Shown here: positions 1 through 10,349 of the stretch, in pieces
How the letters are laid out: the number at the start of each line of letters is the position of its first letter
Position numbering within the stretch: position 1 is the first letter of the stretch
The notes under the pieces: model-generated
The model's input: the letters and a program-made list of their open reading frames with translations, nothing else
What the model was told of the DNA's origin: nothing
Databases searched by the model: none
Made by a program: the position numbers and the translations under genes
Origin: Syntrophales bacterium
GTDB taxonomy: Bacteria; Desulfobacterota; Syntrophia; Syntrophales; UBA2210
Direction: 5' to 3'
Assembly: GCA_023230565.1 (NCBI GenBank)
Contig: JALNXD010000005.1
Span: 1,169-65,168, forward strand
Length of the DNA stretch: 64,000 nucleotides

Positions 1-154
1 ATGGGGGCTTACGCAAAGGATATTTTTTTTCTTGATGTGAATTGCTCATAGTTGCCATCGTGTTGCCTGAAGGGAAAATGTACGGTAATTTACCTGAAAT
101 CGACATTTAGCATAAAAAAACATTTCTGTACAGATGCCCATATCAGGAAGGACA

Positions 155-1453
155 TTATTGGAAAGTCTTTTTCCGGCTCGAAAGCAAAAGGATACAAATA
201 AAAGAAATAGCGAAAGAGATCAAAAACACAAGTATCAAGTGGCGATAGGCTTCAATACTGTAAACACCAGGGGTAAGACCGGAGAACCGGCTGAGGAGAT
301 ATCCTGTAAGCGGCTGATATAACGCAGCGCCAAAAAAGGCTGAAGGATTTGAAAGTCCCACTGCAGTACCCATGAGCCAGGGAGGAAAAAGGTCTTTGGT
401 TATAGTAAAGCATAGGGGGAGGGTCCCTCCGGCCGAAAGACCGAATATCAGAAAGAGAAAAGCCACAACAAAGGAATATGGTGTGAACTTCAGAAAAAAA
501 AGAATTGCCCATCCGGCAGTGCTTACACCCATGGCAGCTAAAAGAATAATCTTGCGATTTAAATTAAGACGGTCCGTAAATATTCCAAATACCGGTCCGC
601 CGACAGCAAAGCCAAATGGCAGCAGCATCAACATCCACCCTGCGCTAATTCGGCTGAATCCAAATACATCCATAAGATACGGTACTGCCCAAAGTCCTTG
701 AAATGAGAGAAAAGCACCGCCGGTAAAAAACATTGACAAGGTGATCATCCAGAAATCAAATGTGCCTAAAATGATTGCAAGCCTCTTGACGACAGTAGTG
801 TGTGCAGGCGCCTCCTGTTCGCCGGACGAACCTGAAAACTGGCCGACTGCAGCAACGGCAGACCATCCTTTTTCCCGAGGTGTATTTTTCACGTAAAGCC
901 AGCACGCACAGGCGAGAGCAAGGGAGAATACTCCCAGTATCAAAAAAGCTCCCCTCCATCCGAACAGCACAACCATATATGTAAGAGGGAGCGTCGCCGC
1001 AAGGCCGCCGATGCCTCCGATCGCTATCATTATTCCCGTGAGGCTGGCGAATTCGTTCGCACGGTACCAGTTGGAGAAAAGCTTCAGCGCGGGAATAAAA
1101 ACTCCCCCAACTCCTGCTCCCACAAGAGCTCTGCCGATTGTGGCGACCAGGGCATTTGGTGCCGTTCCAAAGATCAAGGCACCTAATGCCGCAATTAGTG
1201 AAAAAAGGAAAATGACTTTTCTGGATCCTGCTGTATCGGATAAATAACCCACTACCGGTTGAACTGCAGAATAAAGATAGAAGTAAGATGATGAGATTAT
1301 GCCAAGCATAACGGCATCGGCATTAAAGGAATTGGCGAGATCCTTGGTAATAACAGTTGGAGACACACGATGAAGGCAGACAAGGAAATACAGCGAGCCG
1401 ACAATCGCAAACTGAATCCACCGGTAGCGCGTAAAATCATGCATACATGTCAT
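155..1453 (-). CDS. MFS-family transporter
   Basis: 432-aa ORF, hydrophobic throughout with roughly 12 TM segments and an MFS-like TM2-TM3 loop (GYLSDTAGSRK). The substrate cannot be inferred. Confidence 0.8.
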   Translation of the reverse strand: MTCMHDFTRYRWIQFAIVGSLYFLVCLHRVSPTVITKDLANSFNADAVMLGIISSSYFYLYSAVQPVVGYLSDTAGSRKVIFLFSLIAALGALIFGTAPNALVATIGRALVGAGVGGVFIPALKLFSNWYRANEFASLTGIMIAIGGIGGLAATLPLTYMVVLFGWRGAFLILGVFSLALACACWLYVKNTPREKGWSAVAAVGQFSGSSGEQEAPAHTTVVKRLAIILGTFDFWMITLSMFFTGGAFLSFQGLWAVPYLMDVFGFSRISAGWMLMLLPFGFAVGGPVFGIFTDRLNLNRKIILLAAMGVSTAGWAILFFLKFTPYSFVVAFLFLIFGLSAGGTLPLCFTITKDLFPPWLMGTAVGLSNPSAFFGAALYQPLTGYLLSRFSGLTPGVYSIEAYRHLILVFLISFAISFICILLLSSRKKTFQ

Positions 1454-1576
1454 TCCCCCTCAGCTGTTATTTTCAGCATCCATTGAATGCCGGCATGAAA
1501 AAATTTTACAACAAGAAAAAAGTATCGCTTTCACCGGGATAAGGAGTTAATGAATCCTGGAAGTGCCGGGGAACCT

Positions 1577-3034
1577 TTATCCTGTAAGACATGGATGGCG
1601 GGCTGCTTCCGTTTCATCAAGACGGGATATCCGTCCTGCAGTGGGGGCCTGTCTCAAAAGATCCGGACTGTGTGCAGCTTCTTCTGCGATTGCTTTAAAA
1701 GCTTCAACAAAATTGTCTATCTCTTCTTTGGATTCCGTTTCAGTAGGCTCAATCATTATAGCCCCTGAAACTACAAGAGGAAAATAAATTGTAGGTGGAT
1801 GATATCCGTAATCAATTAATCGTTTTGCCATATCCAGGGTACTGATTTTATTTTTTTGCTGCAGTCGGTCGGTAAACACGCATTCATGCATACATGGACG
1901 ATCAAAAGGAAGATGAAGAACATCTTTGAGCTTCTCTTTTATGTAATTTGCGTTTAAAACTGCGAGCTGGCTGGCTTTTTTAAGATCGGAACCCATGGAA
2001 AGAATATAGCTCAATGCCTTCACCATGACGCTGAAATTTCCGTAAAACCCGTGAATCCTCCCGATTGAAAGAGGAAAGTCTTCAGAGAGAGCGAACTCGC
2101 CATTGTGTGTAATTATTCGCGGTACTGGAAGAAAAGAGGCAAGATTTTTCATTACACAGACCGGACCCGATCCCGGTCCTCCTCCTCCATGAGGAGTTGA
2201 AAATGTCTTGTGGAGATTAAGATGAAGAATATCAATTCCCAATGCTCCTACATCTGCAATTCCCATTATTGCATTCATATTGGCTCCGTCACCGTACACG
2301 AGACCCCCTTTCTCATGCACTGCTTCTGCAATCTTCAGGATATGCTCTTCAAAGAGGCCGAGAGTATTCGGATTTGTAATCATAATGCCGGCTGTTTCTT
2401 CATCCATTATTTCTGCGACAGTGTCGGCGCCGAGTATGCCGTCGGGACCCGAGGTAACCGGCACCGTTTTAAACCCGCATAATGCTGCGCTTGCGGGATT
2501 TGTGCCGTGTGCAGTATCGGGAATGATAATCTTTGTGCGATGCGAGCCATGAAATTTATGATATGCGTGCATGATCAGCATGCCTGTCAATTCTCCGTGC
2601 GCTCCCGCGGCAGGTTGAAGAGTTACAGCATCCATGCCTGTGATTTCCAGGAGAAATTCCTCAAGTTCGGCCATAACTTCAAGCGCGCCTTGAGAGAGTT
2701 CACAAGGCAGAAGGGGATGGGCGCCTGTAAATCCTTCAAGTTTCGCCTGTTTCTCATTTATCTTGGGATTATACTTCATTGTGCAGGAGCCAAGGGGATA
2801 CATACCGGTATCAACGCCGAAATTTAATTGAGATAATTTCGTAAAATGCCGAACGACATCTACTTCACTTACGTCCGGAAAATCGGGGCCCTGTCCAAGG
2901 AGGGCTTCATTGATAGGGGTATCCTCGACGTCACGTTTGGGGAGGGAAAAACCGGACCGGCCAACTCTGCCGCGATCCCATAAAAGAGGTTCCCGCGATA
3001 TTGATTCAGCAATTGATTTCTTTCCTTCATTCAT
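1577..3034 (-). CDS. gcvPB: glycine dehydrogenase (decarboxylating) subunit 2
   Basis: 485-aa ORF with the PLP-lysine region HLNLHKTFSTPHGGGGPG typical of GcvPB. It overlaps gcvPA by 1 nt and is the last gene in the gcvT-H-PA-PB order. Confidence 0.92.
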   Translation of the reverse strand: MNEGKKSIAESISREPLLWDRGRVGRSGFSLPKRDVEDTPINEALLGQGPDFPDVSEVDVVRHFTKLSQLNFGVDTGMYPLGSCTMKYNPKINEKQAKLEGFTGAHPLLPCELSQGALEVMAELEEFLLEITGMDAVTLQPAAGAHGELTGMLIMHAYHKFHGSHRTKIIIPDTAHGTNPASAALCGFKTVPVTSGPDGILGADTVAEIMDEETAGIMITNPNTLGLFEEHILKIAEAVHEKGGLVYGDGANMNAIMGIADVGALGIDILHLNLHKTFSTPHGGGGPGSGPVCVMKNLASFLPVPRIITHNGEFALSEDFPLSIGRIHGFYGNFSVMVKALSYILSMGSDLKKASQLAVLNANYIKEKLKDVLHLPFDRPCMHECVFTDRLQQKNKISTLDMAKRLIDYGYHPPTIYFPLVVSGAIMIEPTETESKEEIDNFVEAFKAIAEEAAHSPDLLRQAPTAGRISRLDETEAARHPCLTG

Positions 3035-4362
3035 TATGGTATCTCCTTTAAAAATGCATCCATTGACTCTTTTGATGACGTTTCGGTGACGCAGAAAAGA
3101 TAATGTTCAGTTAACTCGGGATAATATTTTGCCAGTGGAAGTCCTGCCACAATATGTTTTTTAAGCAGTTCGTCATATGTGTGTCTGAATCCATCGGGAC
3201 ATTTTACAACGAATTCATTAAAAGCCGGTGCGGCAAACGGGATATCATATCCCTTGTCCGTAAGCTTTTTCTTGAGATATTCACTTTTATCGTAATTTAT
3301 CTTGGCCAGATTCCTGAAACCTGTTTTACCTAGAGATGACATGTAAATAGTGGCGGCAAGGGCACAGAGACTGCTGTTTGTACAGATGTTTGAAGTCGCC
3401 CGTCCACGTCGAATATGCTGTTCTCTCGTGGCAAGAGTCAGCACAAAGCCCCGTCGGCCGTTTTTGTCTTTCGTTTTGCCTACAAGGCGGCCCGGCATAG
3501 AACGGACATACTTGCTTCTGGTTGTAAAAATTCCAAGGCCCGGGCCACCGAAGGATACAGGAATTCCAAGACTTTGGCCTTCTCCGCATACTATATCGGC
3601 GCCTTGTTCCCCCGGGGTTTTAAAAAGCCCGTATGCCAGCGGTTCAGTAAAAGACGAAATGAGCAAAGAATCGCCCTTGCGGCAGATTTCGGATAATTCT
3701 TCTATGTTTTCAATGCATCCGAAAAAATTGGGAGACTGGACTACAACGGCGGCGAGTTCTCTTTCTCCTGAGATAACGGAGAAATCTGTGCATCCCGATT
3801 CCAGCATGGGGATCTCGATTACTTCGCAGTCAGTAGGTTCAAGATACGTGTTCACTACATGGCGGTAATGGGGATGAATAAGTGTCGATATCGCGATTGT
3901 ATTTTTTTTGCTAATCCTCAGGGCCATGAGACAGGCCTCAGCGAGCGCTGTTGCCCCGTCATAGAGGGAAGCATTGGATAAATCCATTCCTGTGAGCATT
4001 GCTGCGAATGTCTGATATTCATAGATCGCTTGCAGCGTGCCCTGGCTCACTTCCGGCTGATAAGGCGTATACGAGGTGGCGAATTCTGAACGGCCGATCA
4101 GATAGCTGACTGTTTCGGGTATGAAATGATTATAGCTTCCTGCTCCGAGAAACACTGTATATTCCGTCGGAGACGCATTTGCCCCTGCTCTTGTTTTCAT
4201 GAGGCTGTCAAGTTCCCATTCGGTGAGCGCTCCGGGAAGAGCAAGCAGGTCCTTACGTTTGCAATTCTCGGGAATAACGGTAAAAAGGTCCTCTAAAGTT
4301 TCTTTTTTTACCGCATCGAGCATGACAGAGATATCATTTTCAGTGTGAGGCAGGTACCGCAT
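3034..4362 (-). CDS. gcvPA: glycine dehydrogenase (decarboxylating) subunit 1
   Basis: 442-aa ORF beginning MRYLPHTENDI... with the SYTPYQPEVSQGTLQ motif of P-protein alpha subunits. It lies directly downstream of gcvH. Confidence 0.92.
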   Translation of the reverse strand: MRYLPHTENDISVMLDAVKKETLEDLFTVIPENCKRKDLLALPGALTEWELDSLMKTRAGANASPTEYTVFLGAGSYNHFIPETVSYLIGRSEFATSYTPYQPEVSQGTLQAIYEYQTFAAMLTGMDLSNASLYDGATALAEACLMALRISKKNTIAISTLIHPHYRHVVNTYLEPTDCEVIEIPMLESGCTDFSVISGERELAAVVVQSPNFFGCIENIEELSEICRKGDSLLISSFTEPLAYGLFKTPGEQGADIVCGEGQSLGIPVSFGGPGLGIFTTRSKYVRSMPGRLVGKTKDKNGRRGFVLTLATREQHIRRGRATSNICTNSSLCALAATIYMSSLGKTGFRNLAKINYDKSEYLKKKLTDKGYDIPFAAPAFNEFVVKCPDGFRHTYDELLKKHIVAGLPLAKYYPELTEHYLFCVTETSSKESMDAFLKEIP

Positions 4363-4363
4363 T

Positions 4364-4768
4364 TCATTCGGATCCTTTCAGCATTGCAATATAAGCGTCC
4401 TTTTCCAGCAGGTCATCGAGTTCGTTTTCATCATCGGGCAGAACTTTTATTATCCATCCGTCATCATAAGGAGACTGGTTTATCAATTCAGGCGAATTCT
4501 CGAGATCGGAATTAATCTCGACGACTTTTCCTCCTACAGGCATATACATTTCCGAGACAGCTTTTACAGATTCAATGCTTCCGAATTCTTCACCTTTTTC
4601 ATATACATCATCGATATCAGGCAGTTCAACATATACGATATCTCCAAGCTGGTCCTGAGCGTAATCACTGACACCTATTGTGACAATCCCATCTTCCATT
4701 CGTGCCCATTCATGATCGTCTGCATACAAAACTTCTTCAGGTAAAATCAAATCATTGATTTCTTTCAT
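4364..4768 (-). CDS. gcvH: glycine cleavage system H protein
   Basis: 134-aa acidic ORF with the lipoyl-lysine motif (GSIESVKAVSEMY). Confidence 0.93.
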   Translation of the reverse strand: MKEINDLILPEEVLYADDHEWARMEDGIVTIGVSDYAQDQLGDIVYVELPDIDDVYEKGEEFGSIESVKAVSEMYMPVGGKVVEINSDLENSPELINQSPYDDGWIIKVLPDDENELDDLLEKDAYIAMLKGSE

Positions 4769-4993
4769 TTCATCTTCTCCTTACAATAATATTCTTCCGG
4801 ATTTTCCGGATAGTCGGATTGATTTTTCATCCGTCCATCCTTATTTGAAAGCGGCAACATTTTTCCAGGGGTAAAAAGAGCTCCCGTAACGGCCACCGTT
4901 TTTTCCTCAAGAAAGAATTCGCTCGCTGGCAGTGACTTTGCCTTCAGGAAATCCCGGCCAATGTAAGAAACTCTATATTTTGTTCTCCTGGTT

Positions 4994-6268
4994 TTAAAGA
5001 GTCAACATTTCTTTGACTGATTTCCGGGCGGTCCTGTAGGGACGCACATCTTCTGTAATCATTACTTTTATGGAGCGCTTGCCGTCCTTTAATTCCAGAA
5101 TCGTGCCGTATTCCTGAGGCTTGGTGAGTCTTACAAATCCACAGGATAACCCTTTCGCTCTGAATCCTTCAGGTTTATCCGGGCTTGCAATACTGTAAAT
5201 TTTTTCCTCATGGCGATCTATTGCCATATCCGTGACGCAGGTCGAAACAGTTCCGATGTCATTACCTGCCGAATCGAAGACATGTGAAGACCGGTCCGAT
5301 GAAATCTTGCGAAGGTCGAAACCGACGAATGCATATACGTATACCGAGTTTCGACTTTGTTGCAATGCTTCATCACCCATGAACGATTTCGTGAAACCTG
5401 TCTGAGATTCATCGAATGGCAGTGCATGATGCCAGGGATGGTTGATGAAAGGCCAGGGCCCTATATCTTGATGTGAAAGTGGAAGAACGGCGCCTGTTCG
5501 AAGCGAATCTCTCGCTGCAAGTCCGCAGCATAAGAGTCCTTTTTTTCTTCCTTCATTCACCAGTGTGTGCCATACATGAATAAGATGATCTGAATCCATG
5601 AAAAGCTCGAAACCGAATTCCCCCGTGTATCCGGTTCGTGAAACTAAAATAGGAGTATTATCTCTAAATCGTACTTCGCCTGTACGATGCGAATTACTGT
5701 CAAAAGTTCCCTTGAAACTGAAATAAGGCATGTGTGTGAAGATTGATTCAGGATCTGAAAGATGGGGCGCCAGAAATAATGCTGCATTCGGGCCTTGTAC
5801 GTCTATTTTACCGATTTTATCGGTTAAGTCTTGAATGTCCACTTCGGGATAGGATTTGGAACAGCGTTTAAGATGGGCTGAAATAATGCTGCCCATATTT
5901 GCATTCACAACAAGAGCGTACGTTTCATTTTCTATGAAATATACGATTGCATCATCCAATACTTCCCCTTTTTCGTTCAGAAAGGCGCCGTAGGCACATC
6001 TGCCTTCAACGAGAGGAGTTTTTTTCTTTCCGATGCAATGGTCGAGATCTTTTGTAAAGCAGAATTGCAATAGATCTCGCGAGTGTGCGCCCTTAACTGT
6101 GAGAAGTGCCATATGGCTTGTATCAAAGATTCCAGCATTATTAATCACTGAAAGATGTTCCTGCTTCGCTCCTGAAGGATACCACAGAGGCATATCATAC
6201 CCGCCAAAAGCCGCCATATTTGCCCCTTCAGAACGGTGCCACGAATTAAGAAGTGTTTTTTTGCTCAT
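4994..6268 (-). CDS. gcvT: aminomethyltransferase (glycine cleavage T protein), long form
   Basis: 424-aa ORF. The N-terminus (FGGYDMPLWY...AGIFDTSHM) aligns with GcvT family signatures, and AAGAGGAG lies upstream of the ATG. Confidence 0.85.
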   Translation of the reverse strand: MSKKTLLNSWHRSEGANMAAFGGYDMPLWYPSGAKQEHLSVINNAGIFDTSHMALLTVKGAHSRDLLQFCFTKDLDHCIGKKKTPLVEGRCAYGAFLNEKGEVLDDAIVYFIENETYALVVNANMGSIISAHLKRCSKSYPEVDIQDLTDKIGKIDVQGPNAALFLAPHLSDPESIFTHMPYFSFKGTFDSNSHRTGEVRFRDNTPILVSRTGYTGEFGFELFMDSDHLIHVWHTLVNEGRKKGLLCCGLAARDSLRTGAVLPLSHQDIGPWPFINHPWHHALPFDESQTGFTKSFMGDEALQQSRNSVYVYAFVGFDLRKISSDRSSHVFDSAGNDIGTVSTCVTDMAIDRHEEKIYSIASPDKPEGFRAKGLSCGFVRLTKPQEYGTILELKDGKRSIKVMITEDVRPYRTARKSVKEMLTL

Positions 6269-6295
6269 TTTGCTCCTCTTTTTAGAACTTGTATT

Positions 6296-6325
6296 TTTCT
6301 AGATGCTGGAATGATCAATTGTCAA
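6296..6325 (-). promoter_or_regulatory. candidate sigma70 promoter for the gcv operon
   Basis: On the minus strand, TTGACA (6325-6320) is followed after about 18 nt by TAGAAA, roughly 25 nt upstream of the gcvT RBS. Confidence 0.3.
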
Positions 6326-6542
6326 TACATTTTTAAATTTTTTTTTAAAAACTGACATGAGAAAAACAGCCGTAATAGTCTGTATGTGTCAGATTTAAAT
6401 ACTAAATAAATAAAAATGATATTTTTTGAGAGCCCTCATTTTCAAGTAACCCAAGGCACTGCGAGCATGCAGGGAATACATCTGAGCGAGAGGGAAAGGA
6501 TTCGACAGTTGATTGAGGCGTAACGCAGCAAGATTGTTGGCC

Positions 6543-8186
6543 TCAGGTGTTTTTCTTTAGCCCCCTTAAAATTGCCTTGGTAATAATGGTATCCTTGGGC
6601 GTATCGGAATCGTCTCTGCCCGGATAATCGAGATTAAAGTGAAGTCCGCGGCTTTCTTTCCTTGCACAGGAGCATTCTATTATAAGTTTCGCCACCATCG
6701 CCAAATTTCTTAATTCCAGAAGTTCTGAGGTAATTTTGAAGTTCCAGTAATATTCGTTTATTTCCTGCAGAATGATGTCTATTCTCCTTCTTGCTCTTTC
6801 AAGGCGTTTGTTTGATCTTACTATACCGACATAATTCCACATGCACATCCGTATTTCATCCCAGTTATTAGATACCACAATCGACTCGTCGCTTTCTGCC
6901 GCTCCCTTCGGGTCCCATGCGGGTATCTCGATAATTCCCTCTTGCGTTGATTCATACACCATTGAAATTCGAGTGTATATCCGATGAGCGAAAACGACAG
7001 CTTCGAGCAGAGAATTGCTTGCAAGACGGTTTGCCCCGTGCAACCCTGTGCAGGCGACTTCTCCACAGGCATAAAGGCGATCGACTTTGGTTTCTCCATG
7101 CTCATTTACTCTGACGCCGCCACATTGATAGTGCGCTGCCGGAACAACAGGTATCGGCTCTTCAGCCATATCGATGCCGAGTTCGATGCATTTCCGGTAA
7201 ATATGGGGAAAGCGGTTCTCGAGAAACCTGCGGTCGCGCCGGGTGATATCAAGGTACACACATTCATCTCCTGATTTTTTCAATTCAGTATCGATTGCCT
7301 TTGCCACCACATCTCTGGGAGCGAGACTTTTGAGGGGGTGGTATTTTTCCATGAAAGTGGCGCCGCTTTTTAATTTGAGGATACCCCCCTCGCCGCGGAC
7401 AGCTTCACTTATCAAAAAAGATCGTGCTTCCGGGTGATAAAGACATGTTGGATGGAATTGAATAAATTCCATATTCGAGATTTCCGCGCCGGCTCTGAAT
7501 GCCATTGCCACGCCATCTCCGGTTGCGATGTCAGGATTGGTAGTAATGAGATAGACCTTTCCTGAACCTCCTGTAGCCAGGACAATGAATCGTGCCCTGA
7601 ACGTGTGCACACAACCGTGCTCCACGTCAAAAACGTACGCACCGAGGCATCGATCTTGAATCTGGGGAACACCGGTCAATTTTGACAGGGTAATCAAATT
7701 GACGGCAAAGTGATTTTCATAAATCGATATATTGTTATTCTGTTCTGCTTTTTCAATAAGAGCTCTTTCAATTTCGCGCCCTGTAAGATCCGATGCATGA
7801 AGAACTCTTCTATGAGTATGGCCACCCTCTCTTCCTAAATCGTACAATGTTCCCTTATTGTTTTCAGCCCTCGTGAACATGACACCCCAGTCAATAAGTT
7901 CATCAATGCGTCCGGGGCCTTCGGTGACCACATATCTGACTATATTTTCATTGCACAGTCCTGCTCCCGATTCAAGCGTATCTCGAATGTGAGATTCAAA
8001 GCTATCTGTTTGAGCAGTAACAGAGGCGATTCCTCCCTGAGCATAATTTGTGCTTGATTCGACAGTAGCTTTTTTTGTCACTATTGAAACTTTGCCGAGA
8101 CCGGCTGCCTTTATCGAAAAAGCAAGCCCGGCAATCCCGCTTCCCAACACAAGAAAATCACTTTGTATTTCCATTCCAAGATCCAT
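6543..8186 (-). CDS. nadB: L-aspartate oxidase
   Basis: 547-aa ORF with an N-terminal FAD fold (VLGSGIAGL) and fumarate-reductase/succinate-dehydrogenase flavoprotein-like motifs (HYQCGGV, GANRLASNSLLE). Confidence 0.9.
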   Translation of the reverse strand: MDLGMEIQSDFLVLGSGIAGLAFSIKAAGLGKVSIVTKKATVESSTNYAQGGIASVTAQTDSFESHIRDTLESGAGLCNENIVRYVVTEGPGRIDELIDWGVMFTRAENNKGTLYDLGREGGHTHRRVLHASDLTGREIERALIEKAEQNNNISIYENHFAVNLITLSKLTGVPQIQDRCLGAYVFDVEHGCVHTFRARFIVLATGGSGKVYLITTNPDIATGDGVAMAFRAGAEISNMEFIQFHPTCLYHPEARSFLISEAVRGEGGILKLKSGATFMEKYHPLKSLAPRDVVAKAIDTELKKSGDECVYLDITRRDRRFLENRFPHIYRKCIELGIDMAEEPIPVVPAAHYQCGGVRVNEHGETKVDRLYACGEVACTGLHGANRLASNSLLEAVVFAHRIYTRISMVYESTQEGIIEIPAWDPKGAAESDESIVVSNNWDEIRMCMWNYVGIVRSNKRLERARRRIDIILQEINEYYWNFKITSELLELRNLAMVAKLIIECSCARKESRGLHFNLDYPGRDDSDTPKDTIITKAILRGLKKNT

Positions 8187-8292
8187 GTATTTACATATTT
8201 ACAAACGAAACGCTTTTTTATATATCACGTTTATTCTCTTTTTGGAGAGATTTTTTGGCGACTAAATCAAAAGAAAACGGATTTAATGAAAA

Positions 8293-9300
8293 ATGCTTGT
8301 ACTTGGAATAGAGTCATCATGCGATGAAACAGCGGCTTCTGTTGTATCTGACGGTGTTAAAATCCTGTCAAATGTAATCGCATCACAGGTCAATATTCAC
8401 AGCCGCTATGGCGGGGTTGTACCTGAAGTGGCTTCACGCCATCATATAGAAGCCATCATCCCTGTAATAGGAGAGGCGCTCAAAGGTGCCGGCGTTTCCA
8501 TCGGAGATATCGAAGGTATTGCTGTCACACGAGGCCCGGGGCTTATCGGATCGCTTCTCGTGGGAGTATCGGTTGCCAAATCTATTGCTTTTGCGCGTAA
8601 CCTTCCGTGTGTCGGTGTCAATCATATTGCGGGGCATATTGGAGCTCTTTTTCTCATTGAAAATGTTCCTGCGTTTCCCTTTGTGAGTCTCGTAGTGTCC
8701 GGAGGCCATACACATATTTACAAAGTTGATAATTACGACCGCTTCACGCTTCTCGGTCAGACGAGAGATGACGCAGCAGGAGAAGCCTTTGACAAAGCAG
8801 CCAAAATGATGAATCTTGGTTATCCCGGAGGAGTAATAATCGATACTATGGCAAAAAAGGGCGATCCGGGAAAAATTGATTTTCCGAGAGCTATGAAAAA
8901 AAGCACGGATTTCAGCTTCAGCGGATTGAAAACAGCGCTCTTAAATTATCTGAAAACACTGAACCATTTTCCCGGGCAAGAGGATATTTGCGATATTGCT
9001 GCATCGTTTCAAGATGCAATTGTGGATGTGCTGGTGGAAAAAACTTTAAGGGCGGCGGAAGAATCGTGTATTTCAAGAGTAGCTCTGTCCGGTGGCGTAG
9101 CATCAAACACTCGATTGCGTAAGGTTTTCATGGAAGAATCTGCAAAAAAGGGAATTGAACTATTTATTCCGCCTCCTCTATTATGTACAGATAATGCAGC
9201 AATGATAGCCGCAATAGGCAGTCAGTATCTTGAAAAGGGCATATCGGATGCGCTGGATATGAATGCAGTATCTCGTTGGCCTCTCGGTTCAGGTAGATAA
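8293..9300 (+). CDS. tsaD: tRNA N6-adenosine threonylcarbamoyltransferase
   Basis: 335-aa ORF starting MLVLGIESSCDETAASV with the HxxGH metal motif (NHIAGHI). This is the classic Kae1/TsaD pattern. Confidence 0.93.
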   Translation: MLVLGIESSCDETAASVVSDGVKILSNVIASQVNIHSRYGGVVPEVASRHHIEAIIPVIGEALKGAGVSIGDIEGIAVTRGPGLIGSLLVGVSVAKSIAFARNLPCVGVNHIAGHIGALFLIENVPAFPFVSLVVSGGHTHIYKVDNYDRFTLLGQTRDDAAGEAFDKAAKMMNLGYPGGVIIDTMAKKGDPGKIDFPRAMKKSTDFSFSGLKTALLNYLKTLNHFPGQEDICDIAASFQDAIVDVLVEKTLRAAEESCISRVALSGGVASNTRLRKVFMEESAKKGIELFIPPPLLCTDNAAMIAAIGSQYLEKGISDALDMNAVSRWPLGSGR

Positions 9301-9418
9301 CCATACCTTTTATACTATATAATTGCACCAATAATAAAAGACAGTGTTCTCATTGCAATGCAAGTCTTTTCATAGTGAAAATAGGCTATATCCAAACGGA
9401 TTAATATTTAAGGTAAAT

Positions 9419-10279
9419 ATGGCTCCGACACCGAAAGAAATACTCAAAAAATACGGCATAAGACCATTAAAGCGATTCGGGCAGTCTTTTCTTATAGACC
9501 GCAGGATAATTGAACGGATAGCAGCCAGTACTGATATTGGACCGGATGATACTGTAATCGAAATAGGTGCGGGAGCGGGTATAATGACTGCCGTACTGGC
9601 AGAACAAGCTTCACGCGTGATTGCCCTGGAGATCGATCCCCGAATGATAGAAGTACTGACAGAGGAATTGAAATTCTTTGATAATGTCACCATTTTGAAC
9701 ACAGATGTGCTTGACTGCGATTTTAAAGAAATGACGAAGGGGAAACCTGCAAGGCAGGTTAAACTTATCGGCAATATTCCTTATAATATATCTTCACAAA
9801 TACTGCTTCACTTGATCGAACATAGAAAGGCCTTATCAACGATCGTACTGATGTTCCAAAAGGAAATGGCGGACAGGATCATTGCGGCTCCAGGAACAAA
9901 AGAATACGGGATACTTTCGGTTTTAACTGCAATGTATACTCAGAATACGAAAGTAGCTTCAGTGCCAGCGGATTGTTTCTATCCAAGGCCCCGGGTGTCA
10001 TCGACGGTTTTAAAAATGAAAGTTCTAAAACAGCCTGCAATAATGGTGGATGATCCTCAAATGTTCCAATTACTTGTAAGAGCGGCTTTTTCAAAGAGAA
10101 GAAAAACACTTGAAAACAGTTTGAAAGACAATCCGTTTCTGCGCTTTGAAAAAAAGGAAGTATACAGTCTGGCGGAGGTGGCAGGAATAGATCCAATCAG
10201 GAGAGGGGAAACCTTAACTGTTGAGGAGTTTGGAAAATTAGCCAATTCTCTTTATAGATTAAGACAGATACCTTCGTGA
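9419..10279 (+). CDS. rsmA: 16S rRNA (adenine1518/1519-N6)-dimethyltransferase
   Basis: KsgA signatures (KRFGQSFLID, EIGAGAGIMT, GNIPYNISS). The start is trimmed to ATG 9419 (MAPTPKEILKKYG), because the 25-aa upstream extension of the ORF has no homology features. Confidence 0.9.
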   Translation: MAPTPKEILKKYGIRPLKRFGQSFLIDRRIIERIAASTDIGPDDTVIEIGAGAGIMTAVLAEQASRVIALEIDPRMIEVLTEELKFFDNVTILNTDVLDCDFKEMTKGKPARQVKLIGNIPYNISSQILLHLIEHRKALSTIVLMFQKEMADRIIAAPGTKEYGILSVLTAMYTQNTKVASVPADCFYPRPRVSSTVLKMKVLKQPAIMVDDPQMFQLLVRAAFSKRRKTLENSLKDNPFLRFEKKEVYSLAEVAGIDPIRRGETLTVEEFGKLANSLYRLRQIPS

Positions 10280-10349
10280 CATTTAAACCGATAATTACTT
10301 GCAGGCTTTAGGCTCTCATGTATTATGAAATCAGTGATTCATAAAACTC

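Noticed and set aside
6269-6542. Expected a glycine riboswitch in the 274-nt region upstream of gcvT (minus strand).
   Set aside because: Reading the minus strand, I could not find the conserved aptamer cores (GGAGAG...CACCG / ...GGGGCAA-like elements) or a convincing tandem-aptamer fold. The only GAGAGGGAAAGG-like stretch is on the wrong (plus) strand. A covariance-model scan would be needed to be sure.
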